64,000 bases of DNA, taken from positions 496,001-560,000 of the forward strand of contig NIVC01000070.1 of NCBI GenBank assembly GCA_002269645.1, given 5' to 3'. The stretch is from Macrostomum lignano. Taxonomy: Eukaryota. Each line of letters starts with the position of its first letter. Within the stretch, counting starts at the first letter, position 1. Under the pieces are notes generated by a model. The model made no database searches, was not told the DNA's origin, and saw nothing but the letters and a program-made list of their open reading frames with translations. The position numbers and the translations under genes are program-made. Shown here piece by piece: positions 56,348 through 64,000 of the stretch.

Positions 56348-59300
56348 GACAACAACAACAACAGAAGCAACAACAAAAACAACAACAACAACAACAGAAA
56401 CAACAGCAACAACAACAGCAACAACAATAGCAGAAAGAACAACAACAACAACAATAACAACAACAGAAACAACAGCAACAACAACAGCAACAACAATAGC
56501 AGAAAGAACAACAACAACAACAATAACAACAACAGAAACAACAGCAACAACAACAGCAACAACAATAGCAGAAAGAACAACAACAACAACGCCAGTACAG
56601 CAGGCTGTCACCTGTAATTCCCCGGCCGGTCAATGGCATCCCCAGACTCCTCAGTCTTGCCGCTGCCGCTCAATCCAAAATCGCCCAGATTGAAGTCGGA
56701 GCCCCAGAAGCTGTCGTCGGCCCCGTCAGCAGCCGCGCCAGCAGCAGCACAGGCAGCCGATCCCGCAGGCGTCGTAGCAACCGAAGCCGTGGTCTCCGAC
56801 GAATTGGAAGCCGTGGAGGCGGTGGACAGTCGCTGCGAGCAGACGCTGCCGGCGGTTCGCACGTCGCCAAAGTTCACCGACTTCAGAGCGGCCGATGCGG
56901 ATGACGCCTTGCCGGCCGCTGCCGTGCCTGCAGGAATGGAAGATGCTGAAATCTCAATTTCATCCTCTAAAAATGAGAATCTCTGTCTTTGAATAACAAT
57001 CTAAGAATCTCACCAGTCAATCTCAGACTCTCACCAGTCAATCTAAGACTCCACCAGTCAATCTAAGAATCTCACCAGTCAATCTCAGACTCCTACCAGT
57101 CAATTTCAGAATCTCACCAGTCAATCTCAGAATCTCACCAGCCAATCTAAGACTCCACCAGTCAATCTAAGAATCTCACCAGTCAATCTCAGACTCCTAC
57201 CAGTCAATTTCAGAATCTCACCAGTCAATCTCAGACTCCTACCAGTCAATCTCAGACTCCTACCAGTTCATCTAAGAATCTCACCAGTCAATTTAAGACT
57301 CTCACCAGTCAATCTCAGACGCTCACTAGTCAATCTAAGAATCTCATCAGTAAATCTCATAGTTTCACCATTTAATCTCAGAATCTCACCGGTAAATCTC
57401 AGAATCTCACCGGTAAATCTCAGAATTTCACCGATCAATCTTAGAATCTCACTACTTAATCTTAGAATCACATTAGTAAATCTCCGAATCTTACCACTCA
57501 ATCTCCGAATCTTACTACTCAATCTCCGAATCTTACCACTCAATCTCAGAATTTCACCACTCAATCTCAGAATCTCATCAGTAAATCTCATAGTTTCACA
57601 AGTCAATCTCAGAATCTCCCCAGTCAATCTCAGAATCTCACCCCTCTCATTCCCGAGACAGTCATCAGTTAACAATGGGATCAAAACCGCACCTGTAGGC
57701 GCCGGGGCCCTGAACACCTGGTTGCCACGCAGAGCTCTCAGCGTGGTGTGCCCAGTCGCGGCTCCGATTGTAGCGACACCGGCTGGCGGCTCGCCGCCGA
57801 CACCGCTGGCCACGGTGCTGATGCTGGAGTTGGACGAGGACTGCAGACCGATAGGGCCGGAGATCAGCAGCGGCTTGGAGATGCCAGCGGCGCCTGCGGC
57901 AGAGTCAGCCGATGCCGCAGCAGCAGCAGCCGCCTTCGATCTGCGACCAGACGCAAAGCTGAGAAACGAACTCCTAGACGACCGTCGGGGACTTCCAGAG
58001 GAAGCTGGAGCGGCAGCAGCAGCCGCCGATGTCGCTTCACCTGGAAGGGTCCTGGCTTTGCTCAAGCCGCTATCGCTGCTGCCCTGCGAGTTCAAGGATT
58101 GGTTGCTGCGTTTCTGCTGCTGCTGCTGCTGCTGCTGTTGTTGTCTCGACGGCGAGTCGTTCAAGGAGCTGACATTCGAAGCTGTCGAGTTGGTGCTGGA
58201 ATTGGCCGAGCCTGGCCGGTTCAATGACTGATGATGAGCAGCGGAGGCAGTGAGCTGATGATGCTGCTGCTGCTGCTGATGATGATGAGGCAGATTCCGG
58301 AACTGAGCATGCTGCTCACCGCTGCTGCTGCTGTTGCTGGTGATGCTGCCGCTGCCGCCGTTCCTCTTGTTGATGCCCTCAGCTGACTGCAGGAGCGAGC
58401 TTGGTCCCCGCTCGTCAGTAGGCGTCTCATCGTCGCATCCGCCGCCGCCTGCGCCCCCGACAACAGAGGACTTTCCGCTGCCCAGATTGAGGCTGAGTAA
58501 AGCAGCACTAATTGAATCTGTATCGTCCGTATCATCGTTGCCATGGTAACCGCCGCTGCCCGAGGCGCCTAACGTAGAATTATTATTGTTACCGTTGCTA
58601 TGGGAACTAGCGGCCTGACGACAGCTGGTGAGGGTCAAAGTGTTGCTGCCGCTGTCTGAGTCGCCTCCGCTTAGGGACCAGGATTTGAAGATCTCGTCCA
58701 TCAGGGAGCTGCCGCCCGTGAGGCCTGGGGTGGGGAGGGCGATTCTCGAATGTGTGAGGGCGATTCTCGAATGTGTGAGGGCGATTCTCGAATGTGTGAG
58801 GGCGATTCTCGAATGTGTGAGGGCGATTCTCGAATGTGTGAGGGCGATTCTCGAATGTGTGAGGGCGATACTTGAATGTGTGAGGGCGATTCTCGAATGT
58901 GTGAGGGCGATTCTCGAATGTGTGAGGGCGATTCTCGAATGTGTGAGGGCGATTCTCGAATGTGTGAGGGCGATACTTGAATGTGTGAGGGCGATTTTCG
59001 AATGTGTGAGGGCGATTCTCGAATGTGTGAGGGCAATATTTGAATGTGTCAGGGCGATATTTGAATGTGTGAGGGTGATATTTGAATGTGTGAGGGCGAT
59101 ATTTGAATGTGTGAGGGCGATATTTGAATGTGTGAGGGCGATATTTGAATGTGTGAGGGCGATATTTGAATGTGTGAGGGCGATATTTAAATGTGTGAGG
59201 GCGATATTTAAATGTGTGAGGGCGATATTTGAATGTGTGAGGGCGATATTTGAATGTGTGAGGGCGATATTTGAATGTGTGAGGGCGATATTTGAATGTG

Positions 59301-62300
59301 TGAGGGCGATATTTGAATGTGTGAGGGCGATATTTGAATGTGTGAGGGCGATATTTGAATGTGTGAGGGCGATATTTGAATGTGTGAGGGCGATATTTGA
59401 ATGTGTCAGGGCGATACCTAAAATTTACTAGGACAAAATTTACCTAGGCCATCGGTAGAGTCTCTCCCTCCTGAACTGTCGCCGCTGCCACCGACGCCGC
59501 TGCCGCTTCCGCCGCCGCCGCCGCCGCCGCCGCTACTCGCCGTGTCGCCACCGAAACCTCCGCCGAAGTCGCTAAAGTTGAAATCGGCAAACAGGTCGAG
59601 CTCGGCCGCGCCAGATGGCCGGCCAGGCCCAGCGGATCTCTCATAGCCGTCCTCCTCGTCTTCCTCGTCCTCTTCAAGCGCTTCGGCCAGAGCCTCGGAC
59701 GCCAGAGTGCAGGTGTCCACGCCCAGGCTGAGGCTGGAGCCGAGCTTGCAGTAGCCGGGCTGGTGCTGCAGGGTGTCCATTGTGCTCACCGAGGTCACGC
59801 TGCCTAGCGACATGTTGCTAGGGCTGGGAGTCGAATTATTATTACTACTGTTAGTAGCAGCAGTCTGCAAATTCAATGCCTTCGTAGCTGGCGGCTGGGA
59901 CGACGCACGCATCATCATCATCGACGTTGTTGTCGGCGGCGGCGGCGTCGGTTTAGGCGGCGGTGGCCCGGACGGGCTGAGCGGCAATCCGGAAGCCGAC
60001 ATAAACGACACGTCGCCGAACACGGAACCGTCGTGTCCGACGTGGCCGGTGTGACGAAAATCGTCCTGCGGGCCGGAGATCATGTCCCGCCGGATGCGCG
60101 GCTGGTGCTGCTGGTGATGCTTGGAAGATTGGGCCGCTTCTGCGTGGAGAAAACAAAAAATAATTTAAAAAAAACTTTCCAGCTTACTTATAGTAGACAA
60201 AATAGAAAATTTACGGTAAAATGTGCAAAAACCGCTTAATTTTCTCATTGGCCTACTGTCAGCAGACTAAAAGCGCTTTTTATCTGCAATAAAGGTGGTA
60301 AGTTATTTTTTGCTCTAATTACTTTTTAGAACTATTATATAAAGTTTCGTTACTAAAAGCGGGTAGTTAGTGGGCAGGTTAGTAGGATTAGTTAACCAAG
60401 CAAAAATAACCAATACTTTAGCAGCTTAGACTGCAATTATTAGCGCTGATAAACGATTTACTCGATAATTAAGTAGGCATAGTTAGTAGCTGAACACACT
60501 GTTAAATATTACATCAAACAGTTAAGCCAAACACAACACTACAAAACGCATAATTAAGGCAGAATAAACAGCATAATTAGTGACCAATTATAATGATAAA
60601 TTGTGTTTTTAAACCAGTTAAAAATATTTATAAACATAATTAAATACTCACTTTTAACTAAGTTAACTTTGGCGCTAAATTCCTTAGCATAGGAGCTGCC
60701 AAGAGTCGCTGCAATATTAATAATTAAAAAGGCTAATTGCTAGCATAAAGAATAGAATGCATATATTACTCATTCATAGTAGTAGCAGTAGTAAATAAAT
60801 TAGGCAAAAAAGCGCATCGCAAAAAATAATATAGGAAAACTAATCTAGTTTAAGGCAAATAAATGAATTGTATCAGTGAAAAGAAAGATAGGTCTCATTG
60901 AGATTCTCACGTCTCAGCACAAAACTAATTACAGATGGAGTAAAACATTTCTTTGTTTTGAAGTACAGAGTTCAGAATCAATAAGTAGGCGGTTATTATA
61001 AGGCTTTTAGGGTGAATATGAGGTGGGGATGAGTATAATTGGTGAAGCTGAGGGAGATTATAAAGGGACTTTGTGAGGGTGAGTATAATTGGTGAAGCTG
61101 AGGGAGATTATAAAGGGACATTGTGAGGATGAGTATAATTGGTGAAGCTGAGGGAGATTATAAAGGGACATTGTGAGGGTGAGTATAATTGGTGAAGCTG
61201 AGGGAGATTATAAAGGGACATTGTGAGGATGAGTATAATTGGTGATGCTGAGGGAGATTATAAAGGGACATTGTGAGGGTGAGTATAATTGGTGAAGCTA
61301 AGGGAGATTATAAAGGGACACTGTGAGGATGAGTATAATTGGTGATGCTGAGGGAGATTATAAAGGGACATTGTGAGGGTGAGTATAATTGGTGAAGCTA
61401 AGGGAGATTATAAAGGGACACTGTGAGGATGAGTATAATTGGTGATGCTGAGGGAGATTATAAAGGGACATTGTGAGGGTGAGTATAATTGGTGATGCTG
61501 AGGGAGATTATAAAGGGACATTGTGAGGGTGAGTATAATTGGTGAAGCTGAGGGAGATTATAAAGGGACATTGTGAGGGTGAATACGAGGCGATGCTGAG
61601 AAAGATGATGGAGCGATTATAAAGGCGATAACAAAGCGATTGCCCCTCACTCAAAGTACTGAACTCACCTCGTCTCGACACTTTCTTCGATGGCGACGCG
61701 GCAGCAGCGGCAGCGGCGGCGGCAGCCTCCAGCTCGTGCATCACAGGCCGGGTCAGATGCGGCTGGAAGAAGCCGGAGTTGCCGCTCAGGCCGATGCCAC
61801 GCCAAGGCTCGCCGCCCATCCGCTTGTCCAGCACAAACAGGGTGTCGCCAGCAGCGAAGTGCAACTGCTCGCGAACTGCCGGCGGGCTGGGGCTCGACTC
61901 CAGGGCCACGTGCTTCTCCGGGATGATCTTGGGCAGGTGGGCGGCGATCTCAGCAAAGGTCGGCCGCCGTTTAGAATCGTGATCCCAGCACTTGAGCATC
62001 AGGGCGTAGTGAGCAGTCGGACAGGCGTCCGGGCGCTCCAGCCGGCCAAGCTGAGGCTCGTCAATGGTCTCAAGAATCTGCTGCCCGGTGAGGCCGGCCC
62101 AGGGCTGGAAGCCGTAGGAGAACATCTCCCACAGGGTGACGGCGTAGGCCCACACGTCAGACGCGGAGGTGAATCTCAGGTAATTAATACTCTCAGGTGC
62201 GCACCAGGCTATTGGCAGTTTCAGGTTCACATTGAAATTTGTCTGATAATACTCCTTGCCCAGCTGCAGCGCTCGGCTCATGCCGAAGTCTGAGATCTTC

Positions 62301-62471
62301 ACTCGATCCTTGGTGAACACCAAAATGTTTCTCGCGGCCAAGTCGCGATGGATGAGGCGCTGATTCTCCAAGTAGGACATGCCTTCGGCGATCTGCTGGG
62401 CGAAGCTGCACAGCGCGCCAACGTGGAAACTGCAGCGCAGGGCCGCCTCGCGGACGCATTCGAGTAGGGAT
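51808..62471 (-). CDS. Ack-like: Ack-like non-receptor tyrosine kinase (kinase C-lobe, SH3, CRIB, low-complexity tail); 5' exons not found in this window
   Basis: Exons 62471-61669, 60139-59444, 58724-57642, 56966-56612, 52008-51936, 51840-51808 with compatible phases. HRDLAARN, KISDFG, YYQTNFNVNLKLPIAWCAPE (ACK family, PR2/ARK-1-type loop); SH3 directly after the kinase; CRIB ISGPQDDFRHTGHVG. The two small terminal exons are less certain. Confidence 0.88.
52843..53115. repeat. (CAA)n/(CAG)n microsatellite
   Basis: Imperfect trinucleotide run; a smaller run lies at 52462-52510. Confidence 0.9.
53120..56300 (+). mobile_element. 5'-truncated non-LTR retrotransposon with RNase H (I/Ingi/R1-group-like), decayed
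   Basis: RT thumb (YCGAAWLPW..LERAHRECLR..KSTPIDAVSLETGILP); RNase H (IYTDCS..AE..TDS..WIPGHIGIEGNERADQMAK); after the array, RREAVILAQLRTG..C..DHWFEC; 3' (CA)n/(CAA)n tail. Frameshifted. Confidence 0.8.
54091..56098 (+). repeat. Homogeneous 50-bp tandem array, 40 copies
   Basis: Unit CGACCAGAGACTGAAATCCGTGTACAACCACCCGATCATCAGGTCCGCCA. 54091-56090 is exactly 2000 bp, plus a terminal CGACCAGA; only a few variant positions. Confidence 0.97.
56300..56592. repeat. (CA)n followed by (CAA)n with a 69-bp higher-order repeat
   Basis: The same block recurs at 56401, 56470 and 56539. Confidence 0.85.
56995..57641. repeat. 21-bp intronic minisatellite containing splice-donor-like GGTGAGA on the gene strand
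   Basis: Minus-strand unit ACTGGTGAGATTCTGAGATTG; the array begins at the donor of the kinase exon ending at 57642. Confidence 0.9.
58735..59416. repeat. 21-bp intronic minisatellite (GAGGGCGATTCTCGAATGTGT / GAGGGCGATATTTGAATGTGT)
   Basis: About 32 units, with two variants segregated along the array. Confidence 0.95.
61020..61582. repeat. 50-bp intronic minisatellite
   Basis: About 11 units of GAGTATAATTGGTGAAGCTGAGGGAGATTATAAAGGGACATTGTGAGGGT. Confidence 0.92.
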
Positions 62472-62524
62472 CTGGCGACGGGGAATCGGGATTAGCAGAT
62501 AAACCCGATGATAAAACCCTGGCA

Positions 62525-63232
62525 TATCAGAGGTGTTACAGTAGATTAACCTAACAATAACACTCTGGGATATTCATGTAGGGGTGTTACAGCAAATTAA
62601 CCCATTAATAACACCCTGGGATACAGGGGTGTTACAGTAGATTAACCGATCAATAACACCCTGGGATATAGAGGTGTTACAGCAGATTAACCCATCAATA
62701 ACATCCTGGGGCTATAGGGGTGTTACAGCAGATTAACGCATCAATAACACCCTCGGATACAGGGGTGTTACAGCAGATTAACCCAACAATAACACCCTGG
62801 GGCTATAGGGGTGTTACAGCAGATTAACCCATCAATAACATCCTGGGGCTATAGGGGTGTTACGGCAGATTAACCCATCAATAACACCCTGGGATACAGG
62901 GATGTTACAGCAGATTAACCCAACAATAACACCCTGAGATACAGGGGTGTTACATTAGATTAACCTAACAATAACACCCTGGGATACAGGGGTGTTACAG
63001 CAGATTAACCCAACAATAACACTCTGGGATATAGGGGTGTTACAGCAGATTAACCCATCAATAACACCCTGGGATACAGGGGTGTTACAGTAGATTAACC
63101 TAACAATAACACTCTGGGATGTAGGGGTGTTACAGCAAAGTAACCGATCAATAACACCCTGGGATATAGATGTGTTACAGCAGATTAACCCATCAATAAC
63201 ACCCTGGCGTAGGGGTGTTACAGCAGATGAAT
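62525..63232. repeat. 45-bp intronic minisatellite with an internal inverted repeat
   Basis: About 15 units of CTGGGATACAGGGGTGTTACAGCAGATTAACCCAACAATAACACC. Confidence 0.92.
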
Positions 63233-63844
63233 CGCTAAGCAAAACGTCACCAACAGCAAAGTCAAATTAAAGACTCATAAAAGTCAAGCGCATTAGTTAA
63301 TTGCGCACCTGGACCCAGACCCTATTCGTCAAGAATAAAATAATTTGCAACGCCAATCGATCACACAGTCGCACACTGGGGTGTTGGTGGTAATTTGGAC
63401 CACCAAACAAGAGACCTCCGGGTGCCATAAAAAAATTCAAAAGTCAGTCTGTTGGATACTTGCTAATAAGCAACATATCCAGCCATAAAATAAGCATTAC
63501 TGAATGTAGCCATTATACATGCATAAGCAATTTACCAGCCATACCCATAGTGTAACCGTTTCAATAATACGAAACCGTATAAACCATATATGGTAATGTG
63601 CACTTCTAATATAATTGCATGATTTCTTTTCCTACTTTGCCATTAGTTTAACACTTAGCGATACTGCGAAATAAAGGCAATACTGAGCCGGCATCGCAAC
63701 ACTGCGAATTGCTTCGTAACTGAAAGCAATTCATTGCCTGCGCATTCTCTTTAGTTGTTCTTTATTGTAACAGCTCAAATCCAAGCTCTAGGGACACTTT
63801 GATGAGGAATGTAAAAGATTACATCTGGCCAAGCAACTGAAACT

Positions 63845-64000
63845 CTGGGAGGCTGGCCCAGCAACTGAGGATCTGAGAGGCTGGCCCAGCAACTGAGGAT
63901 CTGAGAGGCTGGCCCAGCAACTGAGGATCTGGGAGGCTGGCCCAGCAACTGAGGATCTGAGAGGCTGGCCCAGCAACTGAGGATCTGAGAGGCTGACCCA
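63845..64000. repeat. 28-bp minisatellite running off the window end
   Basis: Tandem units of GGCTGGCCCAGCAACTGAGGATCTGAGA. Confidence 0.9.

Noticed and set aside
58537-58551. Perfect-looking X-box GTTGCCATGGTAAC
   Set aside because: Lies within kinase coding sequence (GYHGN); likely coincidental.
58628-59431. 267-aa (ECVRAIL)n ORF; likewise 48042-48464 and 62955-63242
   Set aside because: Stop-free frames of tandem repeats whose unit is a multiple of three; intronic or intergenic.

Overview
Eukaryotic (animal) genomic DNA with short GT-AG introns, GC-rich exons and very many minisatellites. The style resembles a flatworm such as Macrostomum, but the species cannot be determined from sequence alone. 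Left part (1-42 kb): two paralogous 8-exon genes with identical intron phases encode an unusual SH3-like x3 / ~13-14 ankyrin / caspase protein (7211-12624 and 28817-41464). Each lies downstream of a damaged secreted-lectin gene (an F-type lectin and a fibrinogen-related domain). Transposons are interleaved: a decayed Ngaro-like tyrosine-recombinase retrotransposon split by an intact BEL/Pao element, a very young Gypsy element in the last intron of caspase gene 2, and tRNA-derived SINEs. Right part (43-64 kb): an intact ABCB10-like half transporter and the 3' part of an Ack-like tyrosine kinase (kinase-SH3-CRIB), both on the minus strand, with nearly every intron filled by its own minisatellite. 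One kinase intron also holds an RNase H-bearing non-LTR fragment that gave rise to a 40 x 50 bp array. The leading novel-system candidate is the SH3-ankyrin-caspase family. Gene models were built by hand from splice signals and paralog comparison; no database searches were run.
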